Below, in pieces: positions 1 through 9,053 of a stretch of 64,000 bases of DNA (positions within the stretch are counted from its first letter, which is position 1; each line of letters starts with the position of its first letter). The position numbers and the translations under genes were made by a program. Below the pieces are notes generated by a model, which was not told the origin of the DNA, ran no database searches, and worked only from the letters and a program-made list of their open reading frames with translations. Where the stretch lies: the NCBI GenBank assembly GCA_963721805.1, contig CAVRJY010000004.1, forward strand, positions 192,001 to 256,000, given 5' to 3'. The DNA is from Nitrospirota bacterium. GTDB taxonomy: Bacteria; Nitrospirota; Thermodesulfovibrionia; Thermodesulfovibrionales; JdFR-86.

Positions 1-1679
1 TCGTCCCTGACGCAGAGGTACATATGCTTGGCTGTAACTACACGGCAGTCCGATACAGGCTGATTGAAAAGCATATGCTTACCCTTGATGATAAACAGAT
101 AAGGATGCATCCTGTAGTTCGGGAGTTTTGCTATGCTCGTCTTAAGGACAAGATGGACTCACACAAATGCGCAGCCTCATATTTGGCCTTATCTAGAACA
201 AATGTTTTTGATTCAAAAAGAGAGGAGGAGATCTTTCATCATCTTGCTCTCTCCTTGCAAACAGATGGAATGACCGAACTCTTAGTTGAATATGGAGAGG
301 AATTTATCATTCGAGGCCAAACTAATACTCTCCTCAGAATGATCGAACAAGTCGAAAAGCAAAATATAGAACGCCATGAATTTGAACTCTTCAAGGGAGA
401 CATCGCTCAAGTCCGTGGAGAATGGGATAAAGCGCTTAAGCATTTTGAAAAAGCTTCCTCCTCTTCTGAACTTTCGGTTTGTGTAGACTCTTATATCAAA
501 TATGGAGAAATGTTATATAGGCGATGCCAAATTAATGATGCTCTAACTTATTTCGAGGGAGCATATAAGAGCTGTAAAGGACAATATCCGAAAGGCGAAG
601 CACGGAGTCTTAATGATATTGGATTGGTCAATCGCACTTTCGGTGACCTCAAAGTCGCAATGCAATTCTTTTCAGATGCCCTTAAGATTCAACGATCCAT
701 AGATCATAAAGAGGGTATTGCGAACACTGTTAGTAATACAGGGCACATCTTATATATGCAGGGCAAACTCAATGAGGCAATGAATATATACAATGAGGCC
801 CTAGACATTTACGAAGAGATCGAGAACAAGAACGGTTTCGCAAACAGCCTTCTTGATATAGGGGGTATGTTATTTAAGCAGGGCAAACTCAATGAGGCAA
901 TGAATAAATACAATGAGGCCCTAAAAATATGCGAGGAAATCGGGGACAGGCCCAGCATCGCAACCAGCCTCAATAATATAGGGCGTGTGTTGTGTGCTCA
1001 AGATAAACACAAGGAAGCTAAGGGAAAATTCAATACTGCACTAAAGATTAGCGAGGAAATCGGGAACCGTCGCGGTATATCATCAAGCCTTAATAACATA
1101 GCGGGCGTGTTACGTGATCAGAAAAAATTTAATGAGGCGTTGGACAAATACAATGAGGCCCTAATAATTTGCAATGAAATCGGGGACAGACGCGGTATAT
1201 CAATTTGTTTAAATAATATAGGGGTTGTGTTAAGTAATCAAGGCAAACTCAATAAGGCAATGGAGAAATACAACGAGGCCCTAAAGATTGACAAGGAAAT
1301 CGGGGATCAGGTATCGATGTCAACATGTTATCATAATATTGGTACTGCTTATTATGACGAAAAGAAATACGTACTGGCATTTAAGTATTTACTTGAGTCA
1401 TCTGCAATGGAAAAAGAGATGGGAATAATTCGGCCTGCGTCAGAGCAGTATATTTATGAACTAAAAAATGGGTTGGGCGGATTATTTATTAAGAAACATA
1501 GGGAACATATGTTAGAGGCTTTTGAGGCCATATCAGAAAGAATAAAACCTTATCTTGACATAAGCAAATTCTTCGTATGCGATACAATTAAACGAGAAGC
1601 ACCTAAAGTCGGTCGGAATGATCTTTGCCCATGTGGAAGCGGCAAGAAATTTAAGAGATGTTGTAGTCTTACTGCATAA
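1..1679 (+). CDS. TPR-repeat protein with C-terminal SEC-C motif; probably the C-terminal part of a STAND/NB-ARC-type protein (5' end outside window)
   Basis: Frame is open to the window edge. MHPVVREF resembles the winged-helix region after STAND NTPases. 40-aa TPR repeats follow. Ends [20 protein letters not shown] (SEC-C). Much lower GC than the rest of the window. Confidence 0.8.
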   Translation, partial: VPDAEVHMLGCNYTAVRYRLIEKHMLTLDDKQIRMHPVVREFCYARLKDKMDSHKCAASYLALSRTNVFDSKREEEIFHHLALSLQTDGMTELLVEYGEEFIIRGQTNTLLRMIEQVEKQNIERHEFELFKGDIAQVRGEWDKALKHFEKASSSSELSVCVDSYIKYGEMLYRRCQINDALTYFEGAYKSCKGQYPKGEARSLNDIGLVNRTFGDLKVAMQFFSDALKIQRSIDHKEGIANTVSNTGHILYMQGKLNEAMNIYNEALDIYEEIENKNGFANSLLDIGGMLFKQGKLNEAMNKYNEALKICEEIGDRPSIATSLNNIGRVLCAQDKHKEAKGKFNTALKISEEIGNRRGISSSLNNIAGVLRDQKKFNEALDKYNEALIICNEIGDRRGISICLNNIGVVLSNQGKLNKAMEKYNEALKIDKEIGDQVSMSTCYHNIGTAYYDEKKYVLAFKYLLESSAMEKEMGIIRPASEQYIYELKNGLGGLFIKKHREHMLEAFEAISERIKPYLDISKFFVCDTIKREAPKVGRNDLCPCGSGKKFKRCCSLTA

Positions 1680-1751
1680 GGGTTTAAATCGGGCGTGCAA
1701 TATTGGATTAATATCCATAATTAAATAGGGGCAAGCCCGTTTTATTTGCTC

Positions 1752-2260
1752 TCAAGTCTTTATAAAGGTAGGCGCATTTTTCTGAGTCTTCCCGCCCTTG
1801 ATCTGATGGTAATACTCATAGGTCATCGGGGCCACAGTCGCTCAATACCGCCGACTCGACGACCTTCCCGACGAACAGGCAGTGGGTGCCGAGATCGACT
1901 TCCTGCACGACCTCCGCCTCGAAATACGCTATGGCATAGTCGGTGACGATGTTCGCGCCCGTGACGCCTCGCTTAAAATTGACGCCCTCGAATTTCTGGA
2001 AGTCCCTGCCGGTGCGGAACCCGAACCTGCCTATGAACTGAAGCGGCGTCTCCACCGAAAGCACCATGACCGCGAAGACCCTGCTTTGAGCGCACGCATT
2101 CGCAGGTGAGGTTATCCTTGTTCAGGCTGACCGCTATCTGCGGCGGCTCGGCCGTGACCTGAAACACGGTGTTCGCGATCTGTCCGTCCGCCTGCTCCCC
2201 GTTAAAGGACGTGACTACATACATGCCATAGCTTATCTTCGCGAGCGCGTTAGGGTCCAT
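1752..2260 (-). CDS. Flavin reductase-like (flavoredoxin) protein, broken by two +1 frameshifts
   Basis: MDPNALAKISYGMYVVTS...IANTVFQVTAEPPQIAVSLNK, then ...FIGRFGFRTGRD...DLGTHCLFVGKVV, then PMTYEYYHQIKGGKTQKNAPTFIKT* lie in three consecutive frames (shifts near 2085 and 1835). Confidence 0.8.
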
Positions 2261-2265
2261 CCCCA

Positions 2266-2294
2266 AAGATATGCCCGCCGCGGCCGAATGTCAA
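2266..2294 (-). promoter_or_regulatory. sigma70-type promoter of the flavin reductase gene (TTGACA-N17-TATCTT), 5 nt before ATG
   Basis: Minus strand reads TTGACAttcggccgcggcgggcaTATCTTtggggATG. Confidence 0.6.
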
Positions 2295-2364
2295 GTGCAG
2301 CCCTGGGCCATGGAGGAGAGCCTGCCTTGCATGCGCCGCTGATCGCGGCCCCTGGACGGAACTC

Positions 2365-2393
2365 TTGACATGGCGGCGGAAGGGGCCTAAGAT
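2365..2393 (+). promoter_or_regulatory. sigma70-type promoter for ferredoxin-hemerythrin (TTGACA-N17-TAAGAT)
   Basis: Near-consensus hexamers with a 17-nt spacer. AAGGAGG SD precedes ATG 2449. Confidence 0.55.
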
Positions 2394-2448
2394 GAGGATA
2401 AAACAAGCCCTTCGGCTTTTTTACTGAATCCGGGCAAGGAGGCCTTCA

Positions 2449-2637
2449 ATGAAATATCCGGTAGTGGACTATGAAACATGCATAGGGTGCGGCTCGTGTG
2501 TCGCGCTCTGCCCCGAGGTGTTTGAACTTCGCAACGACGAGAAGGCGTGGGTGATAGCTACGGATAAATGCGACACCTGCGATTGCCAGGAGGCGATTGA
2601 TGTCTGCCCTGTCCAGGCGATCAGCTGGAGCGAGTGA
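2449..2637 (+). CDS. Single-cluster ferredoxin
   Basis: [12 protein letters not shown] and CPVQAI motifs, 62 aa, strong SD. Confidence 0.92.
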   Translation: MKYPVVDYETCIGCGSCVALCPEVFELRNDEKAWVIATDKCDTCDCQEAIDVCPVQAISWSE

Positions 2638-2646
2638 GAGACCTAC

Positions 2647-3096
2647 ATGAAAATTACAATCCCGGCGTCGTTGAAATCGGAACATAGGGAGCTTCACGCG
2701 GAGCTTGCCAGGGCCGTCCGGACGCCCGGCCCTATTGGCAGGGCCGCCGAGGCGGTCGCGGAACTCCTGCACCCCCATTTCGTGAAAGAGGAACAGTACG
2801 CATTGCCGCCGATCGGCCTGTTGAAGGCCTTGGCTGAAGGCAAGGCCAATGAGGATATGCGGGAGGTCCTCGTGATGACCGACAGGCTCAAGAAAGACCT
2901 GCCCGATATGATTAAGGAACACAAGGCGGTCGTCGCGGCTCTCAAGGATCTGGTTGCCGCGGCAAAGATGGAAAAGAGGGATGATATCGTCCATTTTACC
3001 GAGAAGCTCATGCTCCATGCAAAGACGGAAGAGGACGTGCTGTACCCTGCCGCGATATTGGCGGGAGAATACGTGAAAGTCAGGCTGGGCAAATAG
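2647..3096 (+). CDS. Hemerythrin/HHE-domain protein
   Basis: EH...HFVKEE...EH...HAKTEEDVLYP motifs. Confidence 0.85.
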   Translation: MKITIPASLKSEHRELHAELARAVRTPGPIGRAAEAVAELLHPHFVKEEQYALPPIGLLKALAEGKANEDMREVLVMTDRLKKDLPDMIKEHKAVVAALKDLVAAAKMEKRDDIVHFTEKLMLHAKTEEDVLYPAAILAGEYVKVRLGK

Positions 3097-3194
3097 TTCC
3101 CGCACTCAGCCAGCCCCGAGCTGGAGCGCCATGGACCAAGAGTTCTCTTGCGTTAAAAGTATCTTTAGGCTAAACTGGAATCAGGAGGGCAGCC

Positions 3195-3491
3195 ATGGAT
3201 ACCAGCGGAATCGGCCTGTCGGGCGTCAACGCCTTCGAGACGAAGCTCAACGTCACCGCAAACAACATAGCCAACCAAAACACCGCCCAGTTCAAGCCCT
3301 CCGAGGCGAACACGCAGGACAATGCCGGCCAGGGCGTGTATGTCACGATCAGCCAGAGCAGCACCCCCGGTGTGGATCTTGCAAAAGAGATGGTCGACAT
3401 GATGACCTCGAAGATCGGCATAGAGGCCAACCTCAAGAGCATCGAGGCGGCCGACGAAACAACTCAGCACACCCTCGACATCATCGCCTAG
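3195..3491 (+). CDS. Small flagellar basal-body rod/hook-like protein (only the N- and C-terminal motifs)
   Basis: LNVTANNIANQNT N-terminal motif. VDLAKEMVDMM...ANLKSI...TLDIIA C-terminal motif. SD GGAGG. Confidence 0.8.
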   Translation: MDTSGIGLSGVNAFETKLNVTANNIANQNTAQFKPSEANTQDNAGQGVYVTISQSSTPGVDLAKEMVDMMTSKIGIEANLKSIEAADETTQHTLDIIA

Positions 3492-3591
3492 GTGCCACGG
3501 GCACCTCTCACTATTCGCGGGGGCGACTGCCCCTCTCTCTATTCGCGCGATAGCGCTCATCTCTTATCTAAGCCGTTGACCTTGGGGGGCC

Positions 3592-3744
3592 CGGGGGGCG
3601 TCTGTTGGCTGTGACACCCCCGAAAGCGCGAGAAATCGTGTCAGACTAGGAAGGGCGAGAAAACCGCCCGATGGTGTACTGAGACGTACATAGAGGGCGA
3701 GTTTTCGAGAACTGACGACGTATCACGCGAGTTTCGCGCGCTTT
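3592..3744. repeat. REP-like nested palindromic intergenic element
   Basis: aaagcgcg 3623-3630 pairs with cgcgcttt 3737-3744; gaaaaccgccc 3659-3669 with gggcgagttttc 3695-3706; tgtac 3675-3679 with gtaca 3686-3690. Adjacent G/C-run hairpin at 3592-3622. Confidence 0.55.
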
Positions 3745-3775
3745 GAAAAAAGCTGCTAATAGCGCCGGTCGGCAC

Positions 3776-5713
3776 TCACGATCCCAGCCCGAGTATATGC
3801 AGCGCTATCTTCACCGACAGATCATTGCTGCGCCTGTCGATGGATACCATTATGCCCCAGCACTGCGGGTGGTAGTCCACCTTGGCGATGAGCTCCCTAG
3901 GCCCCCGGCCGTTGCCCCTGTCGAAGGCGATCCCGCCGCCGATGTCGGTCGTGGGCGTCAGCTTGTACGTGACGTTGAACTTCTGCGTCGATATCTCCGC
4001 GGCCATATCGTAGGACTCCGAGGCGGATAGCGCGTATTTCGCGTAATCCAGCCTCGCCTCGGCCGCGAGCGCAGAGACCCTCTCGATGTAGTAGTCGTAC
4101 TTCACGCTCAGCCCGACGGTCTCGGTCTTCGGGTGGTCGCCGGTTGTGTTGTGGAGGTAGCGCAGGTCGAACTCCAGCGGCAGGAACTGCTCGCTGTCGA
4201 GCCTGAGGTCATAGGGCTGCTTTATGACCGCATCGAACTCGTGGTCAGGGAACCTCAGCCGGTTCATCAGCGACGCGGTGAGCACCGAGCGGTCCGAGGC
4301 CTTGTCCTCCGAGTCGAAAAACGGGATGCGGTCGCCGGTGCGTCCGGCGAGGTCATACTCGAGCGCGGGCTCGATGTAGTGCTTTACCCCGTCGGAGTAT
4401 GTCTTGCCGAAGGTCGAGGCGAGCGTGGCCTTGTAATGGCCTATCGCGGAATAGTCTTGGCCCGTCTGTCCGTCGCCGTCGTCCTGCAGGTCAAACGCAT
4501 AGCCCCTGGCCTCGGCCTCCTGCGAGAAGACCAGCCCCGTGCCTACAGAGTTAAACAGCCTGAGCCTGCCGTCATAGCGCTGTCCCTCCGAGCCTATCTG
4601 CCGCTCGAAGTTCACGGCCCCGGCCGAGGCGATGACCGTTATCGGCCCGAGGGACTGGGGCGAGAGGAAGGCCCCGAGTTCCGGCAGGCGGTTGACTATG
4701 ACCGCATCGCGCGCGCCTTGCTTGAGGTCCTGATAGACCGAGGACGCGGCGAAGAGCTTGACGGGCCCGGCCTCGTACGCGGCCTCGGCGTCGGACTCCA
4801 GGAACCGCGCGTCGCGCTGGTCGCTGCCCTCGGCGAACAGTCGGTAGAAGTTGTCGCGGCTGACCCGGTTTACGTGGATGAAGCCCTCGTCCCACTGGTG
4901 CCACGAGTCGGTGCGCATATAGGTCTCGCCGGTATGCCCGTCGGGGATGGCCGTGAACTCGAGCCTCCCGCTCAGGCCGCCGGGCTCGACGTACCTGTGC
5001 TCGATCTCCATACCGGTGCCGATCTTGCCGTAGACGTCGAGCGTGAACGTCATGTCGCGGTTGTCCGAGATCGCCCAGTAAAACGGCTCGCTGATGGTCA
5101 GGCCCAATTTGCTCGAGTACCCGAACACCGGCGTGAGCAGCCCGGTCTGCCGGTCCTTGAGCGCCGGGGCGACCAGAAACGGCGTATACATCGCCGAGGT
5201 GCCGCCCGCGGCCTTGAACGTCGCGTCGTGCGCGGTGAGCCATCCGTTTACGGTCACGTCGGCGTCGTTTGCGACCACGCACCACGCGGGCTTCGGGTCG
5301 GTGCAGGTCGTGATTACGGCCTTCTCGGCCATGTAGCCGTTCTCGGCGTATTTGTGGATCACCGCGCCGCGTATCGTAAGCGGCTTGTCGACATACCCCA
5401 CAACACCGTTATAGAACGTCCCGGTGCCCGAGGCCATGTCTATCTTCGCGCTCTCGGCCGTGATAGTCACGATGCCGTCGGAGTATGAGAAATCCCCCTC
5501 GGCGTCGATATGCTCGGGCTTTAAGGTATAGTGCATCTTCGCGGCCTTCATCGTGAGCCCGGCGCGGTGCATCACGACCGAGCCGGTGAAGTCGTACGCG
5601 CCCTCTGACTGCACCATCGCGTCTGAGGTGATGTCGGTCTGCCCGGGCTGCGCGGCCGCCGGGAGAGCGGACGCCAGGAGCATCGCGATAATGAGGAGGA
5701 GCATCCTTGTCAT
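3776..5713 (-). CDS. lptD: LPS-assembly protein LptD (OstA domain plus beta-barrel)
   Basis: Signal peptide MTRMLLL.... ITTCTDPKPAW, RQTGLLTPVFGYSSKLG, PFYWAISDNRDMT, YHPQCWG motifs. ATG overlaps the folC stop (ATGA). Confidence 0.85.
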   Translation of the reverse strand: MTRMLLLIIAMLLASALPAAAQPGQTDITSDAMVQSEGAYDFTGSVVMHRAGLTMKAAKMHYTLKPEHIDAEGDFSYSDGIVTITAESAKIDMASGTGTFYNGVVGYVDKPLTIRGAVIHKYAENGYMAEKAVITTCTDPKPAWCVVANDADVTVNGWLTAHDATFKAAGGTSAMYTPFLVAPALKDRQTGLLTPVFGYSSKLGLTISEPFYWAISDNRDMTFTLDVYGKIGTGMEIEHRYVEPGGLSGRLEFTAIPDGHTGETYMRTDSWHQWDEGFIHVNRVSRDNFYRLFAEGSDQRDARFLESDAEAAYEAGPVKLFAASSVYQDLKQGARDAVIVNRLPELGAFLSPQSLGPITVIASAGAVNFERQIGSEGQRYDGRLRLFNSVGTGLVFSQEAEARGYAFDLQDDGDGQTGQDYSAIGHYKATLASTFGKTYSDGVKHYIEPALEYDLAGRTGDRIPFFDSEDKASDRSVLTASLMNRLRFPDHEFDAVIKQPYDLRLDSEQFLPLEFDLRYLHNTTGDHPKTETVGLSVKYDYYIERVSALAAEARLDYAKYALSASESYDMAAEISTQKFNVTYKLTPTTDIGGGIAFDRGNGRGPRELIAKVDYHPQCWGIMVSIDRRSNDLSVKIALHILGLGS

Positions 5714-7008
5714 TCCCTGAGCCCCATGTGGTATGACTTTGCGCCCAGGGCCTCGCGCGCCTCGCCAAGCAGGTAGAACGACCCTGTGACGAGCACCGGC
5801 ATCCCAAGCCCGATCGCGGCCCCAAGCGCGAGCGACACGCTGCTGTACACGCGTATGCCGTCGACGCGCCCGAGCCTCCGGGCCGCCTCGACGAGTTGCG
5901 CGGACGACGCCGCCCTGCCGCCCTCGGGAGGCGCGAAGCAGACCTCGCTCGCAAGCGGCAGCAGCAGGCGGAGCATCCCGTCTATATCCTTGTCCGCCAT
6001 CGCCCCGAAGACGAGCGCAAGCGGCGCGCCCTCCAAGACGAAGTCCTCGCGCACCGCACGGGCGGTCGCGGCAGCGGCGGCCGGGTTGTGGCCGCCGTCC
6101 AATATCACGAGCGGGTCGCGGCGCATGACCTCGAGCCTTCCGGGCCACGAGACGGAGCGAAGCCCCTCGCGCACCGCGCGTTCGCCGCCTAATCCTATGA
6201 CCTCCATCGCCCGCACCGCGAGCGACATGTTGCCTGCCTGGTATGCTCCGGAGAGCGGGCATTCAAGAGCTTCGAGCTTAAGCCCCCTGTCTGAGATATA
6301 ATCGAACCTCACGCGGCCCGGCCCGTGCGATACCAGCACAGAGCGGAACTCGCGGCCTTCGAGGTGCAAAGCCGAGCCTGCCTCCGCAGCGGCCGCTGAC
6401 ACCGAGGCGAGCGCCTCAGCCTCCTGCGCCGCGCAGACGACCGGCACTCCCGGCTTTATGATCCCGGCCTTCTCCGCGGCGATCTCCCGAAGCGATCCGC
6501 CGAGGTACTGCATGTGGTCGTAGTCGATGCGGGTGATGGCAGAGACCTCAGGGCTCAGCAGGTTGGTCGCATCGAGGCGTCCGCCCATCCCGGTCTCGAC
6601 GACCGCCCAGTCGGCGCCCCGCTCCTTGAAGTACAAAAACGCCATCGCCGTGACCGCCTCGAAGAACGTCGGCGTAAGCCCGATCCCCTCGGCCGCCTCG
6701 CGCACTCGAGCGGTGTATGAGACTACCTCTTCGGGCGTGATCTCGACGCCGTCTATGCGGATGCGCTCTGTGAAGCTCACCATGTGTGGCGAGGTGAAAA
6801 GCCCGGTGCGCAGCCCCGAGGCGCGCAGCATCGAGGCCGCCGCTGCCGATGTCGAGCCCTTGCCGTTGGTGCCCGCAACGTGGACGGACCTGAATGCGCG
6901 GTGCGGCTCCCCGAGCGCGGCGAGGAGACGCGCCGGGTTTTGCAGTCCCAGCTTGATGCCGTGCAGCTGGAGCCTGTAGAGGTAATCTATGGAATCCTCG
7001 TACGCCAT
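5710..7008 (-). CDS. folC: Folylpolyglutamate synthase/dihydrofolate synthase
   Basis: HVAGTNGKGS, FTSPH, ETGMGGRLDATN, WPGRLE, LDGGHNP, TGSFYL motifs. Confidence 0.96.
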   Translation of the reverse strand: MAYEDSIDYLYRLQLHGIKLGLQNPARLLAALGEPHRAFRSVHVAGTNGKGSTSAAAASMLRASGLRTGLFTSPHMVSFTERIRIDGVEITPEEVVSYTARVREAAEGIGLTPTFFEAVTAMAFLYFKERGADWAVVETGMGGRLDATNLLSPEVSAITRIDYDHMQYLGGSLREIAAEKAGIIKPGVPVVCAAQEAEALASVSAAAAEAGSALHLEGREFRSVLVSHGPGRVRFDYISDRGLKLEALECPLSGAYQAGNMSLAVRAMEVIGLGGERAVREGLRSVSWPGRLEVMRRDPLVILDGGHNPAAAAATARAVREDFVLEGAPLALVFGAMADKDIDGMLRLLLPLASEVCFAPPEGGRAASSAQLVEAARRLGRVDGIRVYSSVSLALGAAIGLGMPVLVTGSFYLLGEAREALGAKSYHMGLRE

Positions 7009-7134
7009 GGTGGGAATTTTACCCTAAACGCATGGACTTTGGCATCCCGGCCGTTATATCATAGTCCTGCGCCGCGCCCGTCCGGGCCGCGCAGGACGCG
7101 ATTCAAAACTCTTTTAAAAGCCGGGGGACGCACG

Positions 7135-7476
7135 ATGTTCCGCAGAAGCGAAAGCGTCGAGACACTGCTCGGGCCGGGCACCCGGTTTTCGGGCACCATG
7201 TCCAGCAAGGGCACACTGAAGGTCTACGGCTCGGTCGAGGGCGATATCGAGGCCGACCTGCTTATAACGGCCGAGGGCTCATCGGTAAGCGGCACCGTCG
7301 CGGTTGGCGGGGTCATCGTCGGCGGCTCTATCGAGGGCAACATAACAGCGCGCGAGCGCGTCGAGGTCAAGCACAAAGGCGCGGTGCGCGGCGACATCTC
7401 AACCAAGCGCCTCTCTGTCGAGGACGGCGCGCGCCTCTGGGGCCGCCTCAGCATGTCAGAGCAGGACAAGCCCTAA
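7135..7476 (+). CDS. Bactofilin (polymer-forming cytoskeletal protein)
   Basis: TLLGPGTRFSGT...LKVYGSVEGDI...GGSIEGNITARERVEV...VRGDI...LSVEDGA repeats. Start ATG 7135. Confidence 0.88.
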   Translation: MFRRSESVETLLGPGTRFSGTMSSKGTLKVYGSVEGDIEADLLITAEGSSVSGTVAVGGVIVGGSIEGNITARERVEVKHKGAVRGDISTKRLSVEDGARLWGRLSMSEQDKP

Positions 7477-7537
7477 GCCGCCCATAGCCGTTCGCCTGCC
7501 AATCCCTTACCCGCCCCCAAAGATACCGAACAGGCCG

Positions 7538-7828
7538 TTAAGGCTTCATTCTATAGACCTCAAAGGCCGCCGTCTCCTGCGGTGACGCGTTAAAGCCGCC
7601 TTTGATGCCTGCCTTCATCCGGGGCATGAGGATGGTGTCGCGGAACCGCTCCCAGCTCTCCTTCGAGTCGTGCACCGCCACGACCGTCCAGCCCCCTTCG
7701 GACGCGCCGGCAGCGTGGAAGATCTGACCGGCAGGCAGGGTGTCCCTGTCGGGATGCACAGCGCTTATTGAAGCCTCGTACTGCTCCTTCGTACCGCCCG
7801 GAAAGAAATGCATGATCGCGTATGCCAT
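7538..7828 (-). CDS. Conserved hypothetical protein (small alpha/beta, ABM-like)
   Basis: Clean 96-aa ORF with SD AAGGAG and plausible composition. Confidence 0.7.
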   Translation of the reverse strand: MAYAIMHFFPGGTKEQYEASISAVHPDRDTLPAGQIFHAAGASEGGWTVVAVHDSKESWERFRDTILMPRMKAGIKGGFNASPQETAAFEVYRMKP

Positions 7829-7971
7829 GTCCGTTCTCCTTTCAAGTTAATGGAACCGCCTCCCACAGCCCATTAATTGATTGTATCCCTGAAACCTCAG
7901 CATGGCAATGAATTATCCGCGGGACGGAGAATGAATAAGAACAAAGGTCTCGGATTTGGCGGTGTGTTATG

Positions 7972-8295
7972 TTAGCGCTTGCCGCTTAGGTAATCGCCGA
8001 GCAGGCCGCGCGAGTGCTCGTCGTCGTGGCAATATACGCAGAGGTTCTCCCAGTTCCCGCCGTCCGGGGGGTTGTTGCGCGGGTTTCCGTCTTTGTGGTG
8101 CACCGTGAGCAGGTGGCGGTCGGCGGTGCCGAACTCGCGGCCGCACTTGGCGCATATCAGGCCGTGGATGCGCAGCGACTGCTCGCGGTACGACGCGTTG
8201 CCGCCGGTCCTGGCCAGCTCATCTATGACCTCCCTGGCCGTCTTCTTCGGGGCCTCGGGCTGCTGCCCTATCGAATACCGCCTTGGCCTTTTCAT
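7972..8295 (-). CDS. yajD: YajD-family HNH nuclease
   Basis: YREQSL, CAKCGREF, LTVHHKDGNPRNNPPDGGNWENLCVYCHDDEHSR. Confidence 0.88.
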   Translation of the reverse strand: MKRPRRYSIGQQPEAPKKTAREVIDELARTGGNASYREQSLRIHGLICAKCGREFGTADRHLLTVHHKDGNPRNNPPDGGNWENLCVYCHDDEHSRGLLGDYLSGKR

Positions 8296-9044
8296 CCCGG
8301 CCTCATGTCGGCCAGAAACGGAAACTCCAGCCGCACCCTCGTGACCTCAAGCGGGTCGACCTCCGCGTAGACGACCTCGTCCACTCCGTGGGCGATGAGC
8401 TCCCCGGATGGGCCGAACGCGCACGAGTCGCCGGCGTATGCGATGCCGCCCCGGTCCGTCCCGGTGCGGTTGACCCCGAGCACGTAGCACTGGTTTTCTA
8501 TCGCCCGGGCCCGAAGCAGCGCGGCCCAATGGGCCGCCCTCGACGCGGGCCAGTTGGCGAGGAAAAACAGCGCGTCCACGCTGCCCGCCACCGGCCTGAC
8601 CGACTCCGGGAACCGCAAGTCATAGCATATGAAAGCGCTGGAGCGAAGCCCGTCGAGCTCGAAGACCGAGGGGGCTGTCCCGGCCTCGTAATGCCTGTGC
8701 TCTCCAAGCGGGCTGAAGGGGTGCATCTTGCTGTACAGGGAAACCCTCTTGCCCGTGCGGTCGTATGCAGCGGCGAGGTTGCGGCCCAGCGCGCCATCGG
8801 CGGCGGCCCCGGCATAGCCCGCGACTATCGCGATCCCGCACTCGGCGGCGATTGCAGAAAACGCCCGGTCAGAGGCGGCGCCCGATGGCGGGGGCTTCGG
8901 GAAAAATCCGGTCGTGGACATCTCCGGGAGCGCCGCGATTTGCGCACCCTCGTCCTTGGCGTGCCTGACGAGCGCGCCAATGCGGATGATGTTTTCTTCC
9001 TCGTCCCCCCACGTGGGGCTGAACTGCAAAAGCGCGATCCTCAT
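8292..9044 (-). CDS. Carbon-nitrogen hydrolase (nitrilase superfamily amidohydrolase)
   Basis: LPEM, YSKMH, ICYDLRFPE (E-K-C triad), ARAIENQCYV. Confidence 0.92.
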   Translation of the reverse strand: MRIALLQFSPTWGDEEENIIRIGALVRHAKDEGAQIAALPEMSTTGFFPKPPPSGAASDRAFSAIAAECGIAIVAGYAGAAADGALGRNLAAAYDRTGKRVSLYSKMHPFSPLGEHRHYEAGTAPSVFELDGLRSSAFICYDLRFPESVRPVAGSVDALFFLANWPASRAAHWAALLRARAIENQCYVLGVNRTGTDRGGIAYAGDSCAFGPSGELIAHGVDEVVYAEVDPLEVTRVRLEFPFLADMRPG

Positions 9045-9053
9045 GCCGCCCGC

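Noticed and set aside
5714..6262. N-terminal extension of the 828-aa ORF (lptD)
   Set aside because: Overlaps folC in another frame and is Arg/Ala/Gly-rich shadow sequence. The real start with a signal peptide is at 5713.
7972..8295. HNH nuclease as a defence or mobile-element gene
   Set aside because: Matches the chromosomal YajD family, has host-like GC and is coupled to a housekeeping operon.
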